Shown one piece after another: positions 18,936-29,377 of a stretch of 44,680 nt of DNA (position 1 is its first letter; each line of letters opens with the position of its first letter). The notes beneath the pieces are model-generated. The model saw nothing but the letters and a program-made list of their open reading frames with translations. It ran no database searches and was not told where the DNA came from. The translations under genes and the position numbers were made by a program. The stretch comes from a virus. Lineage: Duplodnaviria; Heunggongvirae; Uroviricota; Caudoviricetes. The DNA is taken from IMG/VR virus record IMGVR_UViG_2721755657_000002; one strand, written 5' to 3'.

Positions 18936-19166
18936 ATGAAAAAAATAATAGTTTTTTTTAACTCTGAACCAGCAATGGTAGTGCCAGTGATGACCGGAGT
19001 TAACACCATCATGCGTGAATATCCAAATGGCGAAACAACACACCTCACTGTAATGGCTGCAGGGTTTCCATCTCTGACCGGAGATCATAAAGTCATTTAT
19101 GTAGCAGCGGATCGACATGTAACTTCAGAAGAAATTCTGGAAGCAGCAATGAGACTCTTGAATTGA
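18936..19166 (+). CDS. Small hypothetical protein (YnfN-like position)
   Basis: 76-aa ORF MKKIIVFFNSEPAMVVPVMTG... Confidence 0.35.
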   Translation: MKKIIVFFNSEPAMVVPVMTGVNTIMREYPNGETTHLTVMAAGFPSLTGDHKVIYVAADRHVTSEEILEAAMRLLN

Positions 19167-19338
19167 TTTGATTCTAATGCATTGATAATAAATGATAATC
19201 ATCTTTATCTGTTTGTGTGAAATTTAGACCGTCGTATGTTGATTATTGCGATGTTTCATCTTATCTTTTATACGTTTGCTCCATATAATTGACACTACTG
19301 TGTACCAGGACAGTCATAACAGACTAAAAGAGGAAATG

Positions 19339-19512
19339 ATGAACATTGAAGAGTTAAAAACAAAAACAGAAGCAGATATTTCTGAATATATAACAAAAAA
19401 AATCATTGAGCTTAAGAAAAAGACCGGGAAAGAAGTTACCAGTATCCAGTTTACTGCACGGGAAAAAATGACTGGTCTTGAAAGCTATGATATCAAGATT
19501 GATTTAATCTAG
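19339..19512 (+). CDS. gnsB: GnsA/GnsB-family protein
   Basis: MNIEELKTKTEADISEYITKKIIELKKKTGKEVTSIQFTAREKMTGLESYDIKIDLI. Confidence 0.8.
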   Translation: MNIEELKTKTEADISEYITKKIIELKKKTGKEVTSIQFTAREKMTGLESYDIKIDLI

Positions 19513-19807
19513 CATGTTTATAGTATTAGCATCAATTTCTCATCAGATGCTATTCAACAATACAAATTACCCATAAACCTCGTTTTTACGGGGTTTTGTT
19601 ATATTTAAACATTACCGAATAGATATAAATCTCGATTGTCGATGGTATTGGTTGTGTGACAATACCTAGTCTTTCCGGTATGCCTGAAGAGAATACAAAC
19701 GACAGATTATGTAAGGGAAACGCGCTGAAACTTTCACTCTTTCATGCTGAGTGATTTGACGTTATATTTTTAGCCGCAAGTGAAGAGCAAACGAATGGAG
19801 CGACAAA

Positions 19808-20014
19808 ATGCATAAAGATCAATACACCGATGCCCCCTCCCAGGAGCAGGTTCGTGTAAAAACTATGCTTAATAGCACCATTTCGATGGGTTACCCGGAT
19901 GTTGTAATTGCATGTATAGAACATCAAGTATCTCTGGAAGCATTCAGGGCAATTGAGGCCGCGTTAGTAAAGCACGATAAGAATACGAAGGATTATTCCC
20001 TGGTGGTTGACTGA
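19808..20014 (+). CDS. Hypothetical small protein (68 aa)
   Basis: ORF with GGAG RBS upstream of cos. Confidence 0.35.
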   Translation: MHKDQYTDAPSQEQVRVKTMLNSTISMGYPDVVIACIEHQVSLEAFRAIEAALVKHDKNTKDYSLVVD

Positions 20015-20371
20015 TCACCATAACTGCTAACCATTCTGACCATTTCACAAGTGACAGAGTCAATATCGTATTCTGTCACTGTAAGGCTAATACAGTACTG
20101 CAATTCAACTACAGCAATGCCTCGTATTTAGGTGAATTTACAATATCGTCCAGTTCGGATGCCGGCTGCATTTCTGAAGATAAGGCATTTCGGTTCGCGT
20201 ATTTTCCCCTCATGCTCGTCAGTCCTGCGCGTAGTAAGAAACAGGACACTCACACTAATTTGTGTGGGCATGCTGTGATGTCCTTCTGAATTATCCCCAG
20301 CCATTATGTAAAGCTCTGTTTCAGATGCTCGTCACGGTTGTCAGGCTGTCGGGTCCTCCCAGTGGGGGTCC

Positions 20372-20400
20372 CTGCCACGGGGCGGGAGCGTCGCGGAAAA
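20372..20400. other. cos site (cosN-like core)
   Basis: cacGGGGCGGGAGCGTCGCGG resembles lambda cosN GGGCGGCGACCTCGCGG; about 180 bp upstream of the terminase small subunit. Confidence 0.5.
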
Positions 20401-20575
20401 AGGCTAGTTTTTGCATTTCCATGGCGGCGGCAGCATGTTTGGTAATTTATTGATAATTAAAAGTTATTTCTCTTTTCACCTGTACAATATTTTTTTCTCC
20501 CTGTCATTAGACCAGTTTGCAATTAATTGAAATATATAAATAAACATGATTTTCACCTGCCAGATGGAGTTGCTT

Positions 20576-21103
20576 ATGTCAAATGTGAGCGGGATCGGTG
20601 ATGCTTATTACTGGAGTGTTTTTAAAATCGCTGAGGCCTTTGGGCTTCACCGGGACACAGTAAAAAAACGGCTCCTCGCGGCCAACACTCCTGTGGCTGC
20701 GACTATCAGGGGGAACCCCGTTTACGCCCTGCAGCATGTCGGGCCAGCCCTGTTTAGTGTGAAGCATGAGGCAGCAGACTCTGTTCATGATCCATCCCGT
20801 ATGGAGCCGAAAGAGAGAAAGGACTGGTACCAATCTGAAAATGAAAGGATCAAGCTGGAAAAGGAGCAGCGAAAACTCATCCCCGTTGATGAAGTAGTCA
20901 TCGTCTATTCGTCCATGAGAAAGGCTGTCGTCCAGGTTCTGGAGACAATTCCGGATGTTCTTGAACGCGATTGCGCCCTGACTCCTCAGGCCGTCGGCGT
21001 TGTACAGCAGGCCATTGATGACCTGCGATACACTCTTCAGGAAAAATCCTACGAGGCTTGTGCTGCTGAATTAATTCCTGATGAGGAAGGAGAGAGTCTC
21101 TAG
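20576..21103 (+). CDS. nohA: Terminase small subunit (lambda Nu1 / NohA-like)
   Basis: MSNVSGIGDAYYWSVFKIAEAFGLHRDTVKKRLL... ; first gene after cos. Confidence 0.75.
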   Translation: MSNVSGIGDAYYWSVFKIAEAFGLHRDTVKKRLLAANTPVAATIRGNPVYALQHVGPALFSVKHEAADSVHDPSRMEPKERKDWYQSENERIKLEKEQRKLIPVDEVVIVYSSMRKAVVQVLETIPDVLERDCALTPQAVGVVQQAIDDLRYTLQEKSYEACAAELIPDEEGESL

Positions 21104-21111
21104 GAGGAATA

Positions 21112-23211
21112 ATGGGTTTTTCATCAGCCCGAAATTTGGGAAGGGACATATCGGCAGGATTTTCCCCACCACGTCGCATGCCGATTTCGGAGGCTGTTAA
21201 AAAATTCATGCGTGTTCCCAAGGGGGCTGGTAACTCGGTGCCATGGGATCCTGAACTGACACCCTACATCATTGAGCCCATGAACTGCCTGGCATCGCGT
21301 GAATACGATGCGGTGATTTTTGTTGGTCCTGCGCGAACAGGGAAGACCATTGGTCTGATCGATGGATGGATTGTCTATACCATCGTTTGCGATCCTTCGG
21401 ACATGCTCGTTGTGCAGATGACCGAAGATAAGGCCCGCGAGCATTCTAAAAAGCGCCTCGACAGAACGTTCAGAAGCAGTGCGGCGGTAAAGAAAAGAAT
21501 GAGTCCACGTCGTAACGACAATAATGTCCATGATAAGACGTTCAGGGATGGCTCGTTCCTTAAAATTGGTTGGCCCTCGGTCAACATTATGTCGTCGTCG
21601 GATTACCGGTTTGTCGCCTTAACCGATTACGACCGTTTTCCGGAGAATATCGACAGCGAGGGTGATGGTTTCTCCCTGGCCTCAAAACGTACCACCACAT
21701 TTATGTCCGCCGGGATGACTCTGGTGGAGAGCTCGCCGGGACGTGACATCTGCGACAGCAAATGGCGACGTAAGTCGCCTCATGAAGCGCCACCGACGAC
21801 TGGTATTCTTTCCCTTTACAATCGTGGTGACCGCCGCCGCTGGTACTGGTCATGTCCGCACTGCGGTGAATATTTTCAGCCAGCCATGGATGCCATGACC
21901 GGCTACCGTAATGAACCGGATCCCTTTAAAGCCAGTGAGGCGGCGTATCTACTTTGCCCGCACTGCAGCGGCATTATCACTGCGGAGAAAAAGCGTGAGC
22001 TCAATAGTGCAGGAGTCTGGTTGCGTGAAGGTCAGGTCATTGATCGTAACGGCAACGTTTCCGGTGAACCGCGCCGCTCCCGTATCGCCAGTTTCTGGAT
22101 GGAAGGGCCAGCTGCTGCGTATCAGACCTGGGCGCAACTGGTTTACAAATTACTGACTGCAGAACAGGAGTATGAAGCGACAGGAAGCGAAGAAACACTC
22201 AGGGCGGTTATCAACACCGACTGGGGATTGCCTTATCTTCCTCGTGCCAGCATGGAGCAACGAAAAAGTGAACTGCTTGAGCAGCGGGCAGAGCCAGTTC
22301 CTTCCCGCAGTGTGCCGGATGGCGTTAATTTCCTTGTGGCGACAGTGGATGTGCAGGCGGGACGTCATCGCCGTTTTGTGGTTCAGGTAACGGGCTATGG
22401 CAGTCGTGGCGAACGCTGGATTATTGATCGTTACAACATCACGCAGTCATTGCGCAGTGACTGCGACGGGGAGAGCCAGCGAATTGATCCGGCCAGCTAT
22501 CCGGAAGACTGGGATGTCCTGCTGACGGATGTTTTTCATAAAAGCTGGCCGCTGGCCTCCGATCCTTCTCAACAAATGCGACTGATGGCAATGGCGGTGG
22601 ACTCCGGCGGTGAAGACGGGGTCACTGATAATGCCTATAAATTCTGGCGTCGTTGCCGTCGTGATGGCCTTGGTAAACGTATTTACCTGTTTAAGGGTGA
22701 CAGCATCCGGCGCGCAAAACTGATCAGCCGTACATTCCCTGATAACACCGGACGAACGGGCCGCCGGGCGCAGGCCGCAGGTGATGTGCCGCTCTGGCTT
22801 CTTCAGACGGATGCCCTGAAAGACCGGGTGAATAACGCGTTATGGCGTGACTCGCCAGGTCCAGGCTATGTGCATTTCCCTGACTGGCTGGGGAGCTGGT
22901 TTTACGACGAACTGACGTATGAAGAGCGGAGCAGTGACGGGAAATGGAGTAAGCCGGGTCGCGGTGCCAACGAAGCTTTTGACCTGATGGTGTATGCCGA
23001 GGCTCTGGTCATTCTGCATGGATACGAAAAGATCCGCTGGCCGGATGCACCGGAGTGGGCGAGCCGGGAGACCTGGCTGGAGTGTGTCCAGGACAGTACC
23101 GAACCGTCATCCTCACCGGAACCGGTATCCACGCCTGTTAAAAAACAAAAACGGAAGAAAACAGTAACTGACGATGTTAACCCCTGGCTGACTTCCGGAG
23201 GATGGTTATGA
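21112..23211 (+). CDS. Terminase large subunit (lambda gpA-like)
   Basis: 699 aa; Walker A VGPARTGKT; zinc-finger-like CPHCGEYF...CPHCSG. Confidence 0.9.
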   Translation: MGFSSARNLGRDISAGFSPPRRMPISEAVKKFMRVPKGAGNSVPWDPELTPYIIEPMNCLASREYDAVIFVGPARTGKTIGLIDGWIVYTIVCDPSDMLVVQMTEDKAREHSKKRLDRTFRSSAAVKKRMSPRRNDNNVHDKTFRDGSFLKIGWPSVNIMSSSDYRFVALTDYDRFPENIDSEGDGFSLASKRTTTFMSAGMTLVESSPGRDICDSKWRRKSPHEAPPTTGILSLYNRGDRRRWYWSCPHCGEYFQPAMDAMTGYRNEPDPFKASEAAYLLCPHCSGIITAEKKRELNSAGVWLREGQVIDRNGNVSGEPRRSRIASFWMEGPAAAYQTWAQLVYKLLTAEQEYEATGSEETLRAVINTDWGLPYLPRASMEQRKSELLEQRAEPVPSRSVPDGVNFLVATVDVQAGRHRRFVVQVTGYGSRGERWIIDRYNITQSLRSDCDGESQRIDPASYPEDWDVLLTDVFHKSWPLASDPSQQMRLMAMAVDSGGEDGVTDNAYKFWRRCRRDGLGKRIYLFKGDSIRRAKLISRTFPDNTGRTGRRAQAAGDVPLWLLQTDALKDRVNNALWRDSPGPGYVHFPDWLGSWFYDELTYEERSSDGKWSKPGRGANEAFDLMVYAEALVILHGYEKIRWPDAPEWASRETWLECVQDSTEPSSSPEPVSTPVKKQKRKKTVTDDVNPWLTSGGWL

Positions 23212-23420
23212 ACCAGAATGATATCGAAGCCATGATTCAGCGTTATACGGAAGCTGAAATGGCGGTGCTGGACGGAAAATCCGTCACCTTTAATGGTCAG
23301 CAGATGACCATGGAAAACTTATCTGAGATCCGGCAGGGACGGCAGGAGTGGGAGCGCCGCCTTGCGGCTCTGATTACACGACGACGGGGGCATCCCGGGT
23401 ACCGGCTGGCGAGGTTCTGA
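23202..23420 (+). CDS. Head-tail joining protein (lambda gpW-like)
   Basis: 72 aa, C-terminal ...RRRGHPGY... ; stop overlaps portal start (TGATG). Confidence 0.7.
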   Translation: MVMNQNDIEAMIQRYTEAEMAVLDGKSVTFNGQQMTMENLSEIRQGRQEWERRLAALITRRRGHPGYRLARF

Positions 23421-24928
23421 TGGCAATTCTTGATGATGTGATTGGCGTTTTTTCACCAGGATGGAAAGCGGCAAGGCTGCGTTCCCGTGCGGTGATCCAG
23501 GCTTATGAGGCCGTAAAAACGACGCGGACACACAAAGCCCGACGGGAGAACCGAACTGCCGACCAGTTAAGCCAGTACGGGGCCGTGTCGTTACGTGAGC
23601 AGGCCCGTTACCTTGATAACAACCACGATCTGGTTATTGGTGTATTTGACAAGCTGGAAGAACGGGTGGTGGGGAAAAACGGGATTATTGTCGAGCCACA
23701 TCCGGTATTACGCAATGGGGCCATTGCCCGTGACCTGGCTGCGGAGATTCGCACCCGATGGAGTGAATGGTCTGTCAGCCCGGAAGTCACCGGGCAGTTT
23801 ACCCGTCCGATGCTGGAACGTCTGATGCTTCGTACCTGGCTGCGCGATGGTGAGGTGTTTGCCCAGATGGTTTCCGGGCGCATAAACAGCCTGGCGCCTT
23901 CTGCCGGTGTTCATTTCTGGCTGGAGGCGCTCGAGCCGGACTTTATTCCCATGACCAGTGATGAGAGCAACAGGCTGAATCAGGGCGTGTTTGTTGATGA
24001 CTGGGGGCGTCCCGAAAAATATCTGGTGTATAAAAGCCGTCCCGTATCCGGACGGCAGATGGAAACCAAAGAAGTGGATGCAGAGCGAATGCTGCATCTT
24101 AAATTTGTTCGCCGTCTGCACCAGATGCGCGGGACGTCTTTGTTGTCCGGTGTGCTGATCCGCCTCAGTGCCCTGAAAGAATATGAAGATTCTGAGCTGA
24201 CTGCAGCAAGGATCGCCGCTGCTCTGGGGATGTACATCCGGAAAGGCGACGGGCAGAGCTATGAACCGGATGGTAATGGCAGAAAGGAGAATGAACGTGA
24301 GCTTACCATTCAGCCGGGCATTATTTACGACGATCTGAAACCCGGCGAAGAAATCGGAATGGTGAAGTCGGATCGCCCCAATCCTAACCTTGAAACTTTT
24401 CGTAATGGTCAGTTGCGTGCCGTGGCGGCGGGCAGTCGTCTGAGTTTTTCCAGTACAGCGCGCAACTATAACGGCACTTACAGCGCCCAGCGTCAGGAGC
24501 TGGTTGAATCCACTGATGGCTACCTGATCCTGCAGGACTGGTTTATTGGTGCCGTCACCCGCCCGATGTATCGTGCATGGCTGAAACAGGCTGTGGCATC
24601 CGGTGTTATCAGGCTACCCCGCGATCTTGACCGTTCTTCACTGTATACCGCGGTGTATTCCGGACCAGTGATGCCGTGGATTGACCCTGTTAAGGAGGCT
24701 GAGGCCTGGAAAATCCAGATTCGTGGTGGAGCGGCGACAGAATCAGACTGGGTACGTGCTGGTGGTCGTAATCCGGATGATGTCAAACGTCGGCGCAAGG
24801 CCGAAATTGATGAAAACCGCAATCTGGATCTGGTATTTGATACCGATCCGGCCAGTGATAAAGGAGGCAGTAGTGCCGCAACGAAACGACAGGAGCCGCA
24901 GCACACCGACGACCAGTCCGAAGAATAA
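23420..24928 (+). CDS. Portal protein (lambda gpB family)
   Basis: 502 aa from MAILDDVIGVFSPGWK...; between W and protease. Confidence 0.9.
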   Translation: MAILDDVIGVFSPGWKAARLRSRAVIQAYEAVKTTRTHKARRENRTADQLSQYGAVSLREQARYLDNNHDLVIGVFDKLEERVVGKNGIIVEPHPVLRNGAIARDLAAEIRTRWSEWSVSPEVTGQFTRPMLERLMLRTWLRDGEVFAQMVSGRINSLAPSAGVHFWLEALEPDFIPMTSDESNRLNQGVFVDDWGRPEKYLVYKSRPVSGRQMETKEVDAERMLHLKFVRRLHQMRGTSLLSGVLIRLSALKEYEDSELTAARIAAALGMYIRKGDGQSYEPDGNGRKENERELTIQPGIIYDDLKPGEEIGMVKSDRPNPNLETFRNGQLRAVAAGSRLSFSSTARNYNGTYSAQRQELVESTDGYLILQDWFIGAVTRPMYRAWLKQAVASGVIRLPRDLDRSSLYTAVYSGPVMPWIDPVKEAEAWKIQIRGGAATESDWVRAGGRNPDDVKRRRKAEIDENRNLDLVFDTDPASDKGGSSAATKRQEPQHTDDQSEE

Positions 24929-26900
24929 TTCCTGGTTCAGGATGCAGGCTGGTCACCAGAGTGACGCGGATATTTATATTTATGACGAGATTGGTTTCTG
25001 GGGTGTTACAGCGAAGCAGTTTATCAGTGATCTGAATGCACTGGGCGATATCACCCACATTAATCTCCATATTAATTCACCGGGTGGCGATGTCTTTGAA
25101 GGCATCGCCATTTTTAATGCGCTGAAAACACATGGTGCGTCCATTACCGTTTATGTCGACGGTGTGGCGGCGTCAATGGCGTCGGTCATTGCGATGGTAG
25201 GAAATCCGGTCATTATGCCGGAAAACACCTTCATGATGATTCATAAACCATTTGGCTTTACGGGCGGTGATGCGGAGGACATGCGCACCTATGCCGACCT
25301 GCTCGATAGAGTTGAGGCGGTTCTGTTACCCGCTTATGCACAGAAAACCGGGAAAACCACCGATGAAATTGCTGCCATGCTGGCGGATGAGACCTGGATG
25401 TCCGGTGCCGAATGTCTGGCACAGGGATTTGCTGATCAGGTGACACCAGCCGTTAAGGCAATGGCATGTATTCAGTCAAAACGTACAGAGGAATTTAAAA
25501 AGATGCCGGAATCCATTCGAAATATGATTACTCCGCCACGCAACAGTGCTCCACGCGTACAGGATGATGGACCTGCAGCCTCCCGGACGCCAGTGCAGGC
25601 AGCAGCACCCGTGGTGGATGAAAACAGCATCCGTGCGCAGGTCCTGGCAGAGCAAAAAGCGCGTGTAAACGGTATTAATGATCTGTTTGCCATGTTTGGC
25701 GGGCGTTATCAGTCGTTGCAGGCTCAGTGTCTTGCCGATCCTGAATGTTCGCTGGAGCAGGCCCGCGAAAAGCTGTTGAACGAGATGGGGCGCGAGTCCA
25801 CGCCATCCAATAAAAATACCCCGGCTCATATTTATGCCGGTAACGGTAATTTTGTGGGGGACGGGATCCGCCAGGCGCTGATGGCGCGCGCCGGGTTTGA
25901 AAAAACTGAACGTGATAATGTCTACAACGGGATGACCCTGCGTGAATATGCCCGTATGTCACTGACTGAACGTGGTATTGGTGTTTCCAGTTATAACCCG
26001 ATGCAGATGGTCGGTGCGGCGTTCATACACAGTACGTCTGACTTCGGTAATATTCTGCTGGATGTTGCGAACAAAGCCATTCTGCAGGGCTGGGAAGATG
26101 CCCCTGAAACCTATGAACAGTGGACGCGGAAAGGTCAGTTGTCTGATTTTAAAATTGCCCATCGTGTGGGTATGGGGGGCTTCAGTGCTCTGCGTCAGGT
26201 GCGTGAAGGGGCAGAATATAAATACGTCACCACCGGAGATAAACAGGCCACTATTGCACTGGCGACCTATGGCGAGCTGTTCAGTATCACCCGTCAGGCC
26301 ATTATCAATGATGATCTGAATATGCTGACCGATGTCCCGATGAAGCTGGGCCGTGCGGCGAAATCCACTATTGCCGATCTGGTTTATGCCATTCTGACGT
26401 CTAACCCGAAAATCTCCACAGATAATGTAAGTCTGTTCGATAAAGCGAAACATGCAAACGTACTGGAGAGCGCGGCAATGGACGTGGCATCGCTGGATAA
26501 AGCCCGCCAGTTGATGCGCGTTCAGAAAGAGGGTGAGCGTCATCTGAATATTCGTCCTGCGTTCGTACTGGTACCGACGGCGATGGAGTCTGTTGCTAAC
26601 CAGGTCATTCGCTCCTCAAGTGTCAAGGGGGCTGACATTAACGCCGGTATTATTAACCCGGTGAAAGATTTTGCGACCGTTATTGCAGAGCCTCGTCTTG
26701 ATGATAACAGCCAGACCACCTTCTACCTGGCTGCGTCCAAAGGCTCCGATACGATTGAAGTGGCTTATCTCAACGGTGTGGATACGCCATATATTGATCA
26801 GATGGAGGGCTTCAGTGTGGATGGCGTGACAACGAAAGTGCGTATTGACGCTGGTGTTGCGCCAGTTGATCACCGCGGCCTGGTGAAATGTACGGCGTAA
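24873..26900 (+). CDS. Prohead protease (ClpP-like, S49) - scaffold - major capsid fusion protein
   Basis: N-terminal ...IYIYDEIGFWG...INSPGGDVFEG...MASVIAMVG...; C-terminal capsid-like region; GTG start with AAGGAGG 5 nt upstream (alternative ATG at 24942). Confidence 0.8.
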   Translation: MPQRNDRSRSTPTTSPKNNSWFRMQAGHQSDADIYIYDEIGFWGVTAKQFISDLNALGDITHINLHINSPGGDVFEGIAIFNALKTHGASITVYVDGVAASMASVIAMVGNPVIMPENTFMMIHKPFGFTGGDAEDMRTYADLLDRVEAVLLPAYAQKTGKTTDEIAAMLADETWMSGAECLAQGFADQVTPAVKAMACIQSKRTEEFKKMPESIRNMITPPRNSAPRVQDDGPAASRTPVQAAAPVVDENSIRAQVLAEQKARVNGINDLFAMFGGRYQSLQAQCLADPECSLEQAREKLLNEMGRESTPSNKNTPAHIYAGNGNFVGDGIRQALMARAGFEKTERDNVYNGMTLREYARMSLTERGIGVSSYNPMQMVGAAFIHSTSDFGNILLDVANKAILQGWEDAPETYEQWTRKGQLSDFKIAHRVGMGGFSALRQVREGAEYKYVTTGDKQATIALATYGELFSITRQAIINDDLNMLTDVPMKLGRAAKSTIADLVYAILTSNPKISTDNVSLFDKAKHANVLESAAMDVASLDKARQLMRVQKEGERHLNIRPAFVLVPTAMESVANQVIRSSSVKGADINAGIINPVKDFATVIAEPRLDDNSQTTFYLAASKGSDTIEVAYLNGVDTPYIDQMEGFSVDGVTTKVRIDAGVAPVDHRGLVKCTA

Positions 26901-26923
26901 ACGTCGCAGACAACAACTCTGAT

Positions 26924-26946
26924 GGCCCGTAAGGGCTTTTTTTGTA
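26924..26946 (+). terminator. Hairpin plus T-run after the capsid gene
   Basis: GGCCCGTAAGGGC followed by TTTTTTTG. Confidence 0.45.
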
Positions 26947-26986
26947 CCTGAAATCAGCCCCTGAACGGGGCTGTGCGGAGACAGTT

Positions 26987-27310
26987 ATGGCAAAGAATTT
27001 TGTAGAAGAAGGAAAAACGGTGGCGATTGTTGCAAGTGCAGCCATCAGCAGCGGAGATCTGGTGCAGGTGGGTGATGTTTTTGCGGTGGCGCTGACCGAT
27101 ATTCCACAGGGAGAAACAGGCGACGGCATAACCGAAGGTGTGTTTATGCTGCCTAAGCTGAAAACGGATGACATGAAAACGGGTAAGAAGGTTTATCTGA
27201 AGTCAGGAAAAGTTCAGCTGACTAACAGCGGCTCTGATCCGCTGGTCGGGGTTGTCTGGGCAGATGCCGGAACCAGTGCAGAAGAAGTGCCGGTAAAACT
27301 CAATGTCTGA
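26987..27310 (+). CDS. Head-associated structural protein (DUF2190-like; possible decoration protein)
   Basis: 108-aa MAKNFVEEGKTVAIVASAAISSGDLVQVG... Confidence 0.5.
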   Translation: MAKNFVEEGKTVAIVASAAISSGDLVQVGDVFAVALTDIPQGETGDGITEGVFMLPKLKTDDMKTGKKVYLKSGKVQLTNSGSDPLVGVVWADAGTSAEEVPVKLNV

Positions 27311-27578
27311 TCCCTTTTCCCGGCTGGCAGCGCGTATGGATGCGATCACGGTCAGAAAGATGGGAAAGACAGCCTCGATTAATGATGTCGATATGACTGT
27401 GATCCCGGGAGAAACACTGGCAGAGCTGAATGCTCTTTCCGGACCTGCGGTCTCTCTGGTGGTGTTTTCTTCGGGATACCGCCCACGGCGCGGGGATCGC
27501 GTTGTTTATGACGGACAACAATGGACGGTCACACGGCATGAACGTTTTAACGGTAAGCCAATGATCTTTATTGAGTAA
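27303..27578 (+). CDS. Head-tail connector / head completion protein
   Basis: 91-aa ORF in the FII position between capsid and gpZ. Confidence 0.5.
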   Translation: MSDPFSRLAARMDAITVRKMGKTASINDVDMTVIPGETLAELNALSGPAVSLVVFSSGYRPRRGDRVVYDGQQWTVTRHERFNGKPMIFIE

Positions 27579-28168
27579 TGAGGTGTGGGATGAAGGGGCT
27601 TGAGAATGCCATCCGCAATCTGAACAGCCTTGATACCCGTATGGTGCCACAGGCCAGCGCATGGGCGATAAACCGTGTGGCACAGAAAGCGGTCTCGGTT
27701 GCCACCCGGCAGGTTGCCGGGAATACCGTTGCGGGAGATAACCAGGTGAAAGGGATCCCCCTGAAACTGGTACGTCAGCGTGTCCGGGTGTTTAAAGCCA
27801 GTCCGTCAGGAAAAATGACGGCCAGGATCCGCGTTAACCGGGGCAATCTGCCCGCCATTAAGCTGGGGACAGCCCGGGTCAGACTGGCCCGGCGTGGTGG
27901 AAAACTGCAGTACCGTGGCAGTGTGCTGAAGGTGGGTAAATATCTTTTCCGGGATGCGTTTATTCAGCAACTGGCGAATGGTCGCTGGCATGTGATGCGA
28001 CGTATTGATGGCAAAAATCGTTACCCCATTGATGTGGTGAAAATCCCGCTGTCCGGACCGCTGACACAGGCATTTGAAGATGCCCGCGACCACATCATTG
28101 CTGCGGAAATGCCGAAACAGCTGGGGTATGCACTGAAACAACAACTGAGGTTATGGCTGACCCGATGA
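27578..28168 (+). CDS. Minor tail protein Z-like
   Basis: 196-aa ORF immediately upstream of gpU; alternative start MKGLENA at 27590. Confidence 0.6.
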   Translation: MRCGMKGLENAIRNLNSLDTRMVPQASAWAINRVAQKAVSVATRQVAGNTVAGDNQVKGIPLKLVRQRVRVFKASPSGKMTARIRVNRGNLPAIKLGTARVRLARRGGKLQYRGSVLKVGKYLFRDAFIQQLANGRWHVMRRIDGKNRYPIDVVKIPLSGPLTQAFEDARDHIIAAEMPKQLGYALKQQLRLWLTR

Positions 28169-28566
28169 ACCGACATACACAAATCCGCCAGGTCGTACTG
28201 GCACGCCTTCGGGAACAGTGTGGAGACAGCGCCACGTTTTTTGACGGGCTTCCGGCATTTGTTGATGCGCAGGAACTGCCTGCCGTGGCGGTGTGGCTGA
28301 GTGATGCTCAGTACACCGGAAAAATGACGGATGAAGATGACTGGCAGGCTGTTCTGCATATTGCTGTCTTCATCCGGGCAGAGGCACCGGATTCAGAGCT
28401 GGATATGTGGATGGAGAGCACCATTTTCCCGGCCCTGAATGATGTACCAGCACTTTCCGGACTCATCGACACCCTGATCCCACTCGGTTTTAACTATCAA
28501 CGTGATAATGAGATGGCCACCTGGGCGATGGCGGAAATCACGTACCAGATCACGTACACGAATTAA
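28165..28566 (+). CDS. Tail terminator protein (lambda gpU-like)
   Basis: ...ATFFDGLPAFVDAQELPAVAVWLSDAQYTG...ELDMWMES... parallels lambda U. Confidence 0.8.
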   Translation: MNRHTQIRQVVLARLREQCGDSATFFDGLPAFVDAQELPAVAVWLSDAQYTGKMTDEDDWQAVLHIAVFIRAEAPDSELDMWMESTIFPALNDVPALSGLIDTLIPLGFNYQRDNEMATWAMAEITYQITYTN

Positions 28567-28576
28567 GGAGGTGGTA

Positions 28577-29320
28577 ATGACCACACCAAATCCACTGGCA
28601 AAAACGAAAGGTGCGGGAACGACGTTCTGGATGTATACCGGCAAGGGCGATGCGTTTGTGAACCCTTTATCGGACACTGACTGGCTGCGTCTTGCGATGG
28701 TGAAGGATCTGCAACCTGGCGAAATGACCGCTGATGCAGAAGATGACACTTATCTCGATGATGAAGATGCAGACTGGAAAACGACAACCCAGGGGCAGAA
28801 ATCAGTCGGTGATACTTCGGCGACGCTGGCCTGGCGTCCGGGGGACAGCGGGCAGAAAAAACTGGTTCAGTTGTTCGACTCCGGTGAAGTCTGCGCGTTT
28901 CGTATCAAATATCCCAACGGTACTGTTGATGTTTTCCGTGGCTGGCTGAGTTCACTGGGTAAAACCATTGCTTCAAAAGGCGTGATGACCCGCACAGTGA
29001 AAATCAGCGGTGTGGGGCGTCCGTATCTGGCAGAGGAAGGCACTGAAACCGTGGGCGTTACCGGGCTGACGGTGGCACCGGCATCTGCCAGTGTAAAAGT
29101 GGGAGCAACCACCACGCTGACCTTTACAGTAAAACCTGACGGAGCCAGTGACAAAGCGATCAGTGTGCATTCGACAGATCCACAGACTGCCACGGTGACC
29201 CTGAACGGGCTTGTGGCCACGGTGAAAGGCGTGAAGCAGGGCAGTGTCAGCATTGTGGGCATGACTTCTGACGGCGATTTTGTGGCAGTGGCTACGGTGG
29301 CTGTCAGCGCCGCAGGTTAA
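28577..29320 (+). CDS. Major tail protein (lambda gpV-like) with C-terminal Ig-like domain
   Basis: AAGGAGG RBS; 247 aa; C-terminal Big_2-like ...TGLTVAPASASVKVGATTTLTFTVKPDG... Confidence 0.85.
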   Translation: MTTPNPLAKTKGAGTTFWMYTGKGDAFVNPLSDTDWLRLAMVKDLQPGEMTADAEDDTYLDDEDADWKTTTQGQKSVGDTSATLAWRPGDSGQKKLVQLFDSGEVCAFRIKYPNGTVDVFRGWLSSLGKTIASKGVMTRTVKISGVGRPYLAEEGTETVGVTGLTVAPASASVKVGATTTLTFTVKPDGASDKAISVHSTDPQTATVTLNGLVATVKGVKQGSVSIVGMTSDGDFVAVATVAVSAAG

Positions 29321-29340
29321 CAGGACGATACTCATCATTT

Positions 29341-29365
29341 GCCCCGGTTATCCGGGGCTTTTTTG
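29341..29365 (+). terminator. Hairpin plus T-run after the major tail gene
   Basis: GCCCCGGTTATCCGGGGC followed by TTTTTTG. Confidence 0.5.
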
Positions 29366-29377
29366 CAGGTGGAGAAC

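Noticed and set aside
20262-20453. 63-aa ORF upstream of the terminase genes
   Set aside because: Overlaps the cos region; Gly/Pro/Ala-rich translation of GC-rich cosN/cosB DNA, no RBS
25959-26543. 194-aa minus-strand ORF within the capsid gene
   Set aside because: Antisense to the protease-capsid ORF, no start context, low-complexity product
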